Shown: in pieces, positions 1 through 9,179 of the stretch
Numbering within the stretch: position 1 is the first letter of the stretch
How the letters are laid out: each line of letters starts with the position of its first letter
Source of the DNA: Candidatus Bathyarchaeia archaeon
GTDB taxonomy: Archaea; Thermoproteota; Bathyarchaeia; Bathyarchaeales; Bathyarchaeaceae
Length of the DNA: 64,000 bases
Reading direction: 5' to 3'
NCBI GenBank assembly: GCA_035283685.1
Contig: DATETJ010000009.1
Span: 332,925 to 396,924 of the forward strand
Notes under the pieces: generated by a model
What the model saw: the letters and a program-made list of their open reading frames with translations, nothing else
Databases searched by the model: none
What the model was told of the DNA's origin: nothing
Position numbers and translations under genes: made by a program

Positions 1-206
1 GTCTGACTCGCTTAGGAGCATGGAGACAAACGTGCTCACAACGAGTGTTGCAGCTACTGTAATGATTACTACAAGTATCATCTTTTTCGACGAGCCAATT
101 GAACCAACAAGAGATTTTATTCGCGCTGCCATTAGACCGCCTGCCTATTTGCGACTCCAAGTGTTGAACATTCTGCTGGAGCTTTTTGACCTTGTGGTAA
201 ACCATG

Positions 207-1466
207 TCATGGTTTGAGATTTGTCTTCACGACTATCCCGGCAGCTTCCGTTCCCTTCTTACCTTCAACAACGAATCTACCAAGCTCCGGAAATTCAGCA
301 AAGTTCTCCACGCACATGGGTTCAGTAGGCGAAAAGAGTACTAGTCCCACGTCTCCATTTGTCATGACTTCCGGAAACTCGGCGTCAACTGTCAAGCTAA
401 CCGGATCAATTCGCTCCAAAATCTCCTCAACTCTGCATCGGACTTCGGCTGTTCCGCAGCGGATAGTAAACACGCTGCCTTTTCGAACCTCAAGATCAGA
501 AAACAAGATAGTCTCGGCTTGAAAACCACTGACAACCTTGGCTCTGTCTTGTGGATAACTGATCACCTCACCTCTCTTGGCGGATCTAACTTCATCTACA
601 ACTAGCCCGACAGAATCTCCAGGTTCTCCTGCGTTCACTTCTTTGCCAAACATTTCTATTTTGTGGACAACAGCGGTCTCTCCCGATGGATCAAAGCACA
701 CTTTCTTGCCTTCCTCGAGTCGTCCTGTCAAGATTTTGCACACCACGATTTTCTTTCCTTCAATATTATAGATGTCTTGGACGCACGCCCGGAGAGGCTT
801 GTCGATAGGCGGCTCCTCGGACTTGACCGTCGCGTCCAAGGTCTCGACCAAACTCAATCCTTTGTACCAAGGCATCTTGTCAGACTTTCTGAACACGTTC
901 TCGCCGTTAAGTGCTGATAGCGGAACCACTGGCGACCGTGAGTACCCAAGAGAGCCAAGAATCGACAACAAGCCCTCACGCATTTTCTTGAAACCCCCTT
1001 CTTCATAGCCAACAGCATCCATCTTGTTGACCGCTACGATCAACTGTTTTATCCCGAGTGTCTTGATCAAGAACGCGTGTTGTTTGGTTTGGTCTTGAAT
1101 TCCTTCTTTAGCCGAGGCGACCAACACTGCAGCGTCTGCTTGGGATGCACCAGTGAACATTTTCTTTATGAATTCCCTGTGACCGGGGCAGTCAATGATT
1201 GTGTACCAGTGGTTTTTGGTTTTGAACGGGGTCTGCACTATATCTATTGTCAGTCCACCTCTTCTCTCCTCCTCAAGTGAATCGAGCAAGAAGGCGAACC
1301 TGAAGCCTTCATCTCCAGCCTTTTTTAACTCAGCTTCGACTTCTTGGAGTTTCTGTTCTGGAATGGCATTTGCATCGTACAGGAGTCTCCCGATCAAAGT
1401 GGATTTTCCATGATCTTTATGTCCTATTATCACAAGGTTGACTGTGGGCAGGCTCATTTTGGGCAC
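207..1466 (-). CDS. cysN: Sulfate adenylyltransferase subunit 1-like GTPase (CysN / EF-1alpha family)
   Basis: 419-aa ORF with translational GTPase motifs GHKDHGKST (G1), DCPGH (G3) and NKMD (G4). The segment [29 protein letters not shown] is closer to CysN than to aEF-1alpha. It starts 33 nt downstream of cysD on the same strand. Confidence 0.75.
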   Translation of the reverse strand: MPKMSLPTVNLVIIGHKDHGKSTLIGRLLYDANAIPEQKLQEVEAELKKAGDEGFRFAFLLDSLEEERRGGLTIDIVQTPFKTKNHWYTIIDCPGHREFIKKMFTGASQADAAVLVASAKEGIQDQTKQHAFLIKTLGIKQLIVAVNKMDAVGYEEGGFKKMREGLLSILGSLGYSRSPVVPLSALNGENVFRKSDKMPWYKGLSLVETLDATVKSEEPPIDKPLRACVQDIYNIEGKKIVVCKILTGRLEEGKKVCFDPSGETAVVHKIEMFGKEVNAGEPGDSVGLVVDEVRSAKRGEVISYPQDRAKVVSGFQAETILFSDLEVRKGSVFTIRCGTAEVRCRVEEILERIDPVSLTVDAEFPEVMTNGDVGLVLFSPTEPMCVENFAEFPELGRFVVEGKKGTEAAGIVVKTNLKP

Positions 1467-1499
1467 TTTCTTTGCGTTCAGACTGCGTGTGTCTTCCGG

Positions 1500-2351
1500 T
1501 TACATGTAGCCTAAACTTCGAAGCTTCTGCATCATGTACGCCTTTTCCTTGTCCTGTGCGCGTCCAGCTCGCTCTGGGGTTTTGGATGTCTCCAGCTCCT
1601 GGACGATTTCATCAATTGTCTGTGCGTTTGAAGGTACAGGCACAGTGCATGGTTGGCAGCCCAAGCTTCGGTAGCGTTTTCCATCCTTAGCGAAGTAGAG
1701 GGGGTTCACAGGCAGGTTTTCCTGTTTTACATATTGCCACACGTTCAGCTCTGTCCAATGCAGTATCGGGTGAACTCGCATATGTGAAAAGTCTTCCGAT
1801 GGCTTCACATAAAGGTCCCAAACTTCGGCAGGTTGGTCCTCGTAATTCCACTTGAAGTTTTCGTCCCTTGGGGAATAGTATCTTTCTTTGGCTCGAATAC
1901 CGTGCTCGTCGCGCCGAATCGCTAAAAGCAATGCGTCGAATTTTTCTTCGGCTAAGAGATTCTTAAGAGCTTGAGTCTTGAGCAGCGTGCAGCATTCGAA
2001 TCTGTCCTTCGTTGGCCCGACCCCCGCTTTCATAGCTTCTTCGTTTTTGGCCACGATTAAGTTAAGGTCCCATTCTTTGGCTACTCGGTCTCTGAACTCG
2101 TAGATTTCTGGAAACTTGCATCCAGTATCTATGTGGATGACTGGAAACGGAACTCCACCGAAGAAGGCTTTCTTGCAGAGCCAAATCACTGCTGAGGAGT
2201 CTTTGCCTGTGCTCCAGAGTGCAGCTGGGTTTTTGAACTGCGCCTTAGCTTCCCTGATCATTGCTATGCTCTTTCTTTCAAGCCCGTTCAGATAAGAATC
2301 GATGTTATTGCTCATTGAAGAACTCTCCATGAGCTCCACTTTTTCTGACAC
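1500..2351 (-). CDS. cysD: Sulfate adenylyltransferase subunit 2 (CysD, PAPS-reductase/PP-loop family)
   Basis: 283-aa ORF with a PP-loop-like STGKDSS motif, CTLLKTQALK and a C-terminal GRAQDKE...LRSLGYM tail as remembered for CysD. GTG start at 2351; alternative ATG at 2330. Confidence 0.9.
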   Translation of the reverse strand: MSEKVELMESSSMSNNIDSYLNGLERKSIAMIREAKAQFKNPAALWSTGKDSSAVIWLCKKAFFGGVPFPVIHIDTGCKFPEIYEFRDRVAKEWDLNLIVAKNEEAMKAGVGPTKDRFECCTLLKTQALKNLLAEEKFDALLLAIRRDEHGIRAKERYYSPRDENFKWNYEDQPAEVWDLYVKPSEDFSHMRVHPILHWTELNVWQYVKQENLPVNPLYFAKDGKRYRSLGCQPCTVPVPSNAQTIDEIVQELETSKTPERAGRAQDKEKAYMMQKLRSLGYM

Positions 2352-2400
2352 AGAAGAGGATGTAGTGATATATAAATGTTATTTCACGTATATATAACTT
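2352..2400 (-). promoter_or_regulatory. Candidate archaeal TATA promoter for cysDN
   Basis: The minus strand reads AAGTTATATATACGTGAAATAACATTTATATATCACTACATCCTCTTCT directly before the GTG start. It contains two TATA-like boxes, the proximal one about 20-26 nt from the start codon, and no Shine-Dalgarno. This suggests a leaderless or short-leader transcript. Confidence 0.4.
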
Positions 2401-2407
2401 ACAACTC

Positions 2408-2587
2408 CTACTTGTACCCAAGAGCTTCAAGTCGTCTGTCCCGGTTCTCAGACTCCAGTTCAGGCATGTACTTACGGATCAAAAAGACAATGTATTCTGT
2501 TGGGCTACGGTAACCGCTTCCCTCCAAAGCTTTCGAAAGTCTATCATACAATGGCTTGGGGATAGAGAGGTTCACGTATTTTGACAT
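2408..2587 (-). CDS. Ribbon-helix-helix (CopG-like) small DNA-binding protein, 59 aa (below the ORF-track cutoff)
   Basis: Hand translation gives MSKYVNLSIPKPLYDRLSKALEGSGYRSPTEYIVFLIRKYMPELESENRDRRLEALGYK. The N-terminal beta-strand (VNLSIP) plus two helices is the RHH pattern. It ends 56 nt upstream of cysD. A TTTAAAAG element lies about 35 nt upstream of its ATG. Confidence 0.6.
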   Translation of the reverse strand: MSKYVNLSIPKPLYDRLSKALEGSGYRSPTEYIVFLIRKYMPELESENRDRRLEALGYK

Positions 2588-2638
2588 AAGTCGTCCCGAT
2601 ATACATCAGCGATGTCTGTTTAAAAGCGTACGCCTCGG

Positions 2639-4030
2639 TCAAGATGGTTGAAGCTTCATCGGCTTCCCGTCCATATCCTTTGGAACTTGAACTCCCATCC
2701 AAGTGAGTATTGTGGGAGCAATATTCGACAGTTGAACAGCTACGTCGCTGCGTTGGTCCCACCTTGGACCGAGGATGCCCAGAATCCCAGGAACATCCAT
2801 TGCATCATGTGCGCCATCGTGACCACCATCCCATCGTGGGCTATCATTGACGTACCTCTTGAGCTCATTTCTCTGCGTTATTTCAGGCTGTCGCGCTGCC
2901 TGCCATCCAGGATTAAACAGTATGGTTAGGTCTGGGGCCTCTTGTAGGTGTTTGCCCCAATACAGTTCTTCTCGTTTCCTTGTGTCTTTGATTGGTTTTT
3001 TTCCGTCTATTCTAACCTTTCTTAGACTGTCCGAGATCGTGGTTCTCAGGGCATCATAATCTCTGTTGGGGTCAATTATTCCGTTGGGCTCTCGACCCTT
3101 GACATTGAGCCAGATGTCGCCGTACCCGTAGGAGACAGCCTTGCTCTTTTCTAGGTTTACCTTGCTAGAATCTGAGACAAGAAATCCTGCTTCTTCCAAA
3201 TAGTTGTTGACAATAACTTCCTGAAAGACGGGGCAGAAACCGTGATCCGAGAGAACCATAAACAAAGTATTTTCGTCCATTGATGATTGAAAGTTGCCAA
3301 TGATTCTGTCAGCCTTAAGGTAGAAATCTTTGACAAGTCCACTGAACATGTTTTCCTCATATTTTGGGTGAGTTGAATCTACATGCTTCCAGAAGAAATG
3401 TTGAATCCGATCCATGCCCATGAAGACCGCCATGAAAAAGTCCCATTCTTCCTCTTGAACGAGGTAAAAGCATATGTCAGCCATCTCATCGGTGATCCTG
3501 TTCACTTCCTCGAAAAACCGATCTGGATCGCTGCTAACTCGATCCAGAACATCAGTCGGCAGGTCCCCAACTAACCTGTCCGTCCCGAATATTTGCTCTA
3601 TCTTTGACTTCAGACTTGCTGGATGCGGAACTCCCTCCATTGTTGACATGAACCCTGGGATTATGAATCCATTCAGATTTTCTATGTCGCACATCGGGAC
3701 GTTGACAACGCCGACACGCTTTCCAGCCGCGCTAAGCAAGTTCCACAAGGTCTTTGATTCAAGCCTTTGTGGGTCGACGACTTGTCTTTCATAGGTGCCG
3801 GCTTTCCTGAACGCGAAGCTGAAGACTCCATGGTTGCCTGGGTTTTGCCCAGTCATGAAAGTTGTCCAAGCGACAGGTGTTTGGGCTGGAATCGGAGGTA
3901 TAGTTTCCCCAAGAAGTCCTTTTTCCCTGAACTTCGCGAGATTCGGAAGACTGCCTATCCATTGTTCGATGAGTTTGGGCGATGCTCCGTCAAAGCCTAT
4001 GACCAAAGTCTTGTTTTTCTGATATGCCAA
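2639..4030 (-). CDS. Alkaline-phosphatase-superfamily type I phosphodiesterase/nucleotide pyrophosphatase-like enzyme
   Basis: 463-aa ORF. IGFDGASP (metal Asp) and PAQTPVAWTTFMTGQNPGNHG (Thr nucleophile context) match the NPP family, and LSDHGF matches the distal metal site. No signal peptide. Confidence 0.8.
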   Translation of the reverse strand: MAYQKNKTLVIGFDGASPKLIEQWIGSLPNLAKFREKGLLGETIPPIPAQTPVAWTTFMTGQNPGNHGVFSFAFRKAGTYERQVVDPQRLESKTLWNLLSAAGKRVGVVNVPMCDIENLNGFIIPGFMSTMEGVPHPASLKSKIEQIFGTDRLVGDLPTDVLDRVSSDPDRFFEEVNRITDEMADICFYLVQEEEWDFFMAVFMGMDRIQHFFWKHVDSTHPKYEENMFSGLVKDFYLKADRIIGNFQSSMDENTLFMVLSDHGFCPVFQEVIVNNYLEEAGFLVSDSSKVNLEKSKAVSYGYGDIWLNVKGREPNGIIDPNRDYDALRTTISDSLRKVRIDGKKPIKDTRKREELYWGKHLQEAPDLTILFNPGWQAARQPEITQRNELKRYVNDSPRWDGGHDGAHDAMDVPGILGILGPRWDQRSDVAVQLSNIAPTILTWMGVQVPKDMDGKPMKLQPS

Positions 4031-4150
4031 GAAGATGAGGTCTCCATCGTGATGTTGGTTGAGGTTTGATGGGGATAAGAAGCCTTGTGGATTCTTGATA
4101 TTGACCTAGACGCCAAAACGAATATACTTTAGTTCACGGTTTCCGTATAT

Positions 4151-7100
4151 TTGGAGTACGAAGAGACGACAAGATTTATTAAGTCTTCCTACATTGGATG
4201 CGGTTGGTGGGCCATGTTTACTAAAAGAGTCAGAGTCTTCTTCTCAACGGTTACCAAACGCGACTTCTCAAACGTTGCCTTGCCATTAGCTGCATTATGG
4301 TTTTCCATCCGCGTTGCACCAAAGCCCAGTCGCGCGTTGTATCCGTGCCAACAGGCAACTCTCAGCCTGTTTCTCGCCAAACTGGGAATTTCTCTCTCCG
4401 CACTTATTCTGTCGTCAACGTCCCTCTTCAACAGAAGATCAATCAAAACCGTGGGTATGTTAGCGTTGGTTGGAGTTGCACTCACTGAGCCCCTGACAGA
4501 AGTCTATTTCCAATATAGATTCAGCGTTGCCAGCGGTCCACAATTGACCCTAAGCAACATAACATACGGGTTTCCAACACAGCGAGTCATCAGAGTTCAC
4601 AGCAATAACGCCACAAGCTGGGACTTCTCAACCAGCTATTACTGGGAAAACATTGACCAATCAGTGATCGACAGAATGGTGGAAGAAGGAGTAAAAGCTC
4701 TCACTGGAGCTTCAGACGCGCAAACTGCTTGGCAGACAATAATGTCAGCATATGCAGCGGGGAACAGAGTTGGAATCAAAGTCAACGGCAATGACTGGTG
4801 GAACACCGATCACCGGGAAATTGATTCGATACCTCAGATAGTGAACAGCGCAATTAAGGGGCTGAAGAGCATAGGAGTTCCTGAATCTGACATATACATA
4901 ATTGAAAACACAGACCCCGATATCACCTGGAGGAGGATACCGGACTATTACAAGAACAAAATCATCGCTCTGTATCCTAACGTGGTCTTTCGATACGACA
5001 CAGACATCAATCCAACTTTTGGAACGGTCGCAGGCACGACTGTCAATTTTCCATACTCGCCAGGTTCAAAAAGAATCAATGATCAAATCGCAGGTATGGA
5101 TCACTTGATACTCATGCCCATAATGAAAGCCATTACTCCATCATGGGGAGTAACAGGCTCGATCAAACTTATGCAAGGAGTGATTGAAGACGTAAGCTCT
5201 TTTCATGGCCAGTTGATTAGAGCAACGGCGGATAACCCAGACGTGCTTATTTACCAAAACCAGCACATCAACGACAAGACAAGGTTGATTCTCGCAGACG
5301 GATTATACGGAGCTTGGACCGGACAACACTTCACCGGGGGCTACGGAGGAACAGACACCCTCACTACACAAGTAAATGACATTCCCAAACGTTGGCTTAC
5401 ATTCAACAACGACGCACCAAGCGTCCTCTTCTTCGGCGTTGACCCCGTGGCCATCGACAGCATAATGTACGACCATATTCTCGCAGAAAGAAATGCTCAA
5501 GATCAAATCGCGGGGCAGACGCTTGCTGCTCTCAATGAGCCACAGCTTCTGGCTGGCGAAGCAGCAGGACTGGGGATTCGAGAGCACGATCCACCATACA
5601 GTAACATTGACTACACTGAAATTGAGTTAGGAGCGGCACCGCCCACAACTCACGACCTGGCGGTCACGGGCGTTGTAGCCGCACCTACGAACGTAATGAG
5701 GGGTGGACTTGTAAACGTAAACGTTACTGTGACCAACCAAGGAAACGCGCAGGAGATTTTCAACGTTACTCTGTACTATGATAATGAAGTCGTCGGGAAA
5801 CGAACAGGAATATCGCTGGCAGCTGGAAACAGCAGACTCGTGGGCTTCTCATGGAACACGAGCGGAGTCGGCGAGAGCACCTATACGCTTAAGGCAGAGG
5901 TCAGCGCCGTGCAGGGCGAAACTGATCTAAGTGACAACGTGTTCATCGATGGAACGGTTACCGTCAATCCACTGGAGATTCATGATGTCGCCATTACAGG
6001 TGTCTCTGCATCTCCAATCACGGTCTTTCCGGGAGAAACCGTTAACGTTACTGCTGTAATCCACAATGAAGGCACGTATGCCGAGACTTTTACAGTAGCA
6101 GCCTACGCAAACTCGACGCTCATTGGCTGGAGAAATCTGGCTTTGGCAGCTGGAGAATCATCAACCGAGGTTTTCTCTTGGAACACAACCGGATCACTTG
6201 GGGTCTATATAATCAAGGCAAATGCCAGTGTTGTTGCAGGTGAAATTGACATCGCTGACAACGTACGTCAGTTCGATGGTGCCGTAGCCGTTTTCACACA
6301 TGCGGTTCAGTTTCCTGTAGCATCGTTTACTTCTCTGCCAAACAGACCCCTGATCGGCGAGAATGTCACTTTTGACGCCGCTGGCAGTTATGACCCTGAC
6401 GGCATTATCACGTCATATTTATGGGATTTTGGCGACGGAACCCAAGGGAGCAGCGCCATAGTGACCCATGCCTATAATTCAAACGGGAACTTCACGATCA
6501 CTCTGACAGTTATCGACTACGAAGGTCTCTTCGACTTGGAAAGGAAGTCCATTGTTGTTCAAGGAATCCCTCAAGCTTCTTTCACGTATCTGCCTGCCGC
6601 ACCGCGCGCCGATCAGGTTGTGGCCTTCAACGCTTCATTGAGCAGACCAATAGGAGGAACAATCTTGTCTTATCACTGGGATTTCGGCGATGGGACAACA
6701 GTCAACGAGTCCTCATCAGTTGTGGAACACTCATTCAGTCTGCCGCAGGTCTACACCGTAACACTCAATGTTACAGACACCGAAGGACTCTGGGATACAG
6801 AGTCACAATATGTCGTCATCATTAAGCCTCCGAGAGCAAGCTTCGTCGCGTATCCGTCAAGCGCATTTGTTGGCGAGACAGTGACGTTTAACGCAGAAGC
6901 CTCTGTTCCCGAAGGAGGGACAATAATTGCCTATTCTTGGAGCTTTGGAGAGGGGGCAAGAACCTCAGGAAACAGTCCAACTTCGACACACGTTTTTCAG
7001 GCGAAAGGCACGTATGACGTTGCGCTTAATGTCACAGACAGCGAAGGCTTGTGGGACACTGAAGTTGCTCAGATCGTTGTTGAAGAAAAGCCCCTACAAC

Positions 7101-7195
7101 CGTGGCAATCCAACAACTTCATATTGATTCTGATCATATCTGTGGTGATCGTTGTCGCTCTTGCTTCGGTGCTCTTCCTCAAGCGACGGTTGTGA
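4151..7195 (+). CDS. Membrane-anchored surface protein: DUF362 domain + 2 CARDB + 3 PKD domains + C-terminal TM anchor
   Basis: 1014-aa ORF. The N-terminal hydrophobic region carries KPSRALYPCQQA. The DUF362-like core has IKVNGN and DPVAIDSIMYD. Two CARDB-like repeats start with HDLAVTGV and HDVAITGV. Three PKD repeats carry WDFGDGT-type motifs. The C-terminus has a hydrophobic helix and a KRRL tail. The true start may be the internal Met at 4214. Confidence 0.85.
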   Translation: MEYEETTRFIKSSYIGCGWWAMFTKRVRVFFSTVTKRDFSNVALPLAALWFSIRVAPKPSRALYPCQQATLSLFLAKLGISLSALILSSTSLFNRRSIKTVGMLALVGVALTEPLTEVYFQYRFSVASGPQLTLSNITYGFPTQRVIRVHSNNATSWDFSTSYYWENIDQSVIDRMVEEGVKALTGASDAQTAWQTIMSAYAAGNRVGIKVNGNDWWNTDHREIDSIPQIVNSAIKGLKSIGVPESDIYIIENTDPDITWRRIPDYYKNKIIALYPNVVFRYDTDINPTFGTVAGTTVNFPYSPGSKRINDQIAGMDHLILMPIMKAITPSWGVTGSIKLMQGVIEDVSSFHGQLIRATADNPDVLIYQNQHINDKTRLILADGLYGAWTGQHFTGGYGGTDTLTTQVNDIPKRWLTFNNDAPSVLFFGVDPVAIDSIMYDHILAERNAQDQIAGQTLAALNEPQLLAGEAAGLGIREHDPPYSNIDYTEIELGAAPPTTHDLAVTGVVAAPTNVMRGGLVNVNVTVTNQGNAQEIFNVTLYYDNEVVGKRTGISLAAGNSRLVGFSWNTSGVGESTYTLKAEVSAVQGETDLSDNVFIDGTVTVNPLEIHDVAITGVSASPITVFPGETVNVTAVIHNEGTYAETFTVAAYANSTLIGWRNLALAAGESSTEVFSWNTTGSLGVYIIKANASVVAGEIDIADNVRQFDGAVAVFTHAVQFPVASFTSLPNRPLIGENVTFDAAGSYDPDGIITSYLWDFGDGTQGSSAIVTHAYNSNGNFTITLTVIDYEGLFDLERKSIVVQGIPQASFTYLPAAPRADQVVAFNASLSRPIGGTILSYHWDFGDGTTVNESSSVVEHSFSLPQVYTVTLNVTDTEGLWDTESQYVVIIKPPRASFVAYPSSAFVGETVTFNAEASVPEGGTIIAYSWSFGEGARTSGNSPTSTHVFQAKGTYDVALNVTDSEGLWDTEVAQIVVEEKPLQPWQSNNFILILIISVVIVVALASVLFLKRRL
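5651..6290 (+). repeat. Two tandem CARDB-like coding repeats (about 110 aa each)
   Basis: The repeat units HDLAVTGVVAAPTNV...FSWNTSG...LSDNV and HDVAITGVSASPITV...FSWNTTG...IADNV are visible in the translation. Confidence 0.8.
6314..7082 (+). repeat. Three tandem PKD-domain coding repeats (about 85 aa each)
   Basis: Three units share ASF...V.F.A..S.....I.SY.WDFGDGT...H.F...G.Y.V.L.VTD.EGL.D. Confidence 0.85.
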
Positions 7196-7241
7196 AACCA
7201 CCCTTCCCAAGAGTCTGGAAATGACAGGCAGTACTTGTCGC

Positions 7242-8129
7242 CTATTGCTTCGCAATACCAAGTTTTCTAACGGTAGCTAGGCCCATCTTGGAGATGAGAT
7301 CCCAAACTTTGTCCTTGGTAGTTCTCCGAAAGAAGGGGGTGTAGTGCGCTAAGCTATCGCCAACGACTTTGGGAGTGATTGTTCCCAGTCCTTCCTTGTG
7401 GGCTAAGGCTATGTGAGCTGCTCTTTGTGGGTTTATGCCCAGGATTTTGGCGGCCAGCGAGTCAACTGCAACCGGGTCGATGCTGGCCATGATGAGCCCC
7501 AGCTTCTTCGTTTGCTTTCCTCGAACCCACGTGCCATCTACGAGGCAGAGGTCTGGCTTTAGAGCCTTGTTCGCTGCCACTATTGCTGCATCGATGGGAG
7601 AGGAGTTAATCGCCCTGTTTTGAGCTTGAATTATGTCAAGACTGTTCTTAAGTGCGCATGAGACTACGAATTCTGAGGACAACTTCATTTTTGGGACGGT
7701 AACAAAGAAGTCGGCAGTGTCAAGAACGCTTGGAACGAGAAGCTCATAGGGGGTTCCTGCGACGTTTACTTCGATTTCATGGCAGTCGGTTTTGCTTAGG
7801 TTGACAAGCCGTGCGTTCTTCTTTGTGGCTACCCTAGAGTATCCGAGGAACTTGAAGAGAACTTCACAGGGTGCAGCTTGTGTGTCTGAACCAACGATTA
7901 ACACGTCAAGGCTCTGTGATGTTGATGATCTCAACAGGTCTATGACGTCGCCAACAACGTGCGGATTAGTTGTTAGACCCGTAGTGTGGTCCCAGTAGTA
8001 ACACAAGTCAGGCTTGATTACGACACTTTTTATGTTCGAATGCATATCAAATTGTATCAGTCTGAGGGACTCTTGTATGGTTTCCTGGAAGTCTGAATTT
8101 ATAGAGGATACTAGGCTTACTAGGCTCAT
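7242..8129 (-). CDS. DUF362 domain protein (paralog A)
   Basis: 295-aa ORF with IKSVVIKPDLCYYWD, a PKMK motif and DPVAVDSLAAKILG. Its start overlaps the stop of the upstream oxidoreductase by 4 nt (ATGA). Confidence 0.8.
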   Translation of the reverse strand: MSLVSLVSSINSDFQETIQESLRLIQFDMHSNIKSVVIKPDLCYYWDHTTGLTTNPHVVGDVIDLLRSSTSQSLDVLIVGSDTQAAPCEVLFKFLGYSRVATKKNARLVNLSKTDCHEIEVNVAGTPYELLVPSVLDTADFFVTVPKMKLSSEFVVSCALKNSLDIIQAQNRAINSSPIDAAIVAANKALKPDLCLVDGTWVRGKQTKKLGLIMASIDPVAVDSLAAKILGINPQRAAHIALAHKEGLGTITPKVVGDSLAHYTPFFRRTTKDKVWDLISKMGLATVRKLGIAKQ

Positions 8130-9148
8130 TTTGTCTTCACTCGTGATTTAGTGAAGTGAATCGAGTTCTCATACGCCTTTGAAATCACTTCCAAGTCTCG
8201 AAAGGCGTCGGCAGCCGAGGGTTCGGGGGATATATCGTTTAAGATGCAGTTGACGAAATACTCAAGCTCATTATGGAACGCCTGTTCCTCTTCTGTTGGT
8301 TTGAGTCCCAGAAGATTAAGCGCATGAGTTATTTTCCTTTGTCTATCCACATTCATTGAAACGGTTTCTGATGTGCCGAACACTTCCATGGATATTGACT
8401 TTCTTTGCGCGAACCAGCCGACGTTTACGCTTGCTGATACTCCGCTTTTGAATCTAATCAGACATAAGGCGTGGTCTTCCATAGGCATGTTGAATCGGTA
8501 ACCAAGATAACTTTGGACGGCAGCTAGCTCGTCTTCGAAATACCAGAGAAGAAGATTAATCATATGTGAGCCCAAGTCGAGGAGCGCTCCGCCTCCTGTA
8601 AGTTCTGGGTCAAGCCACCACTGGGGAATTGGTGGAGGAGACGAGACATTCATTGCAGGAAAGAATGGCCCGTGCCATACATTTGTAGCATGAGCTACTA
8701 CGACCTCTCCCAAGTGTCCACTGTCGATCTCCGACTTGATAGTTGCAAACTTCGAGAATCGCAACGGATATCCCACCATGATCTTGACACCGGCTTTGGA
8801 GGTTTTGGCAACTATTTCTCCCCCTTCAGCTAGATTTCTGGCTAGAGGCTTCTCGAGAAGAATGTTTTTTCCATGCTCAGCCGCATCAACCGCGCATTCC
8901 TGGTGAAGAAATGTGGGTAGCGCGATAACCACAGAATCTATTTCCGAGTCTGCCATGAGTCTTGAGTAGTCTTCGTAAACCTTCTTTACACCCATAGCTT
9001 TGGCAACGCCACGAGCACGCTCCTGAGTATCAGCTACTGCAACTAGACGCGCGTTTTTCAGACGCATAGCGTTTCTTAAATGAAATCTTCCTACTCCTCC
9101 GAGACCTACTAGGCCGAGGTTAACCGTCGTCAAGCCTGAATTCACCAC
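8126..9148 (-). CDS. Gfo/Idh/MocA family NAD(P)-dependent oxidoreductase (paralog A)
   Basis: 340-aa ORF with a Rossmann motif LGLVGLGGVGRFH, an EKPLA motif and a C-terminal alpha/beta domain typical of the family. Confidence 0.85.
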   Translation of the reverse strand: MVNSGLTTVNLGLVGLGGVGRFHLRNAMRLKNARLVAVADTQERARGVAKAMGVKKVYEDYSRLMADSEIDSVVIALPTFLHQECAVDAAEHGKNILLEKPLARNLAEGGEIVAKTSKAGVKIMVGYPLRFSKFATIKSEIDSGHLGEVVVAHATNVWHGPFFPAMNVSSPPPIPQWWLDPELTGGGALLDLGSHMINLLLWYFEDELAAVQSYLGYRFNMPMEDHALCLIRFKSGVSASVNVGWFAQRKSISMEVFGTSETVSMNVDRQRKITHALNLLGLKPTEEEQAFHNELEYFVNCILNDISPEPSAADAFRDLEVISKAYENSIHFTKSRVKTK

Positions 9149-9179
9149 AAACGTGTAAACAGATTGCTAAAGCACTAAA

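Noticed and set aside
20-217. A 65-aa plus-strand ORF, and an opposing open frame starting at ATG 205 that runs off the window edge
   Set aside because: Neither translation has recognisable motifs. The minus-strand one is Cys/Ser/Asn-rich and looks non-protein-like. I had hoped for an APS kinase downstream of cysN, but no P-loop is present in any frame of the 200 nt available.
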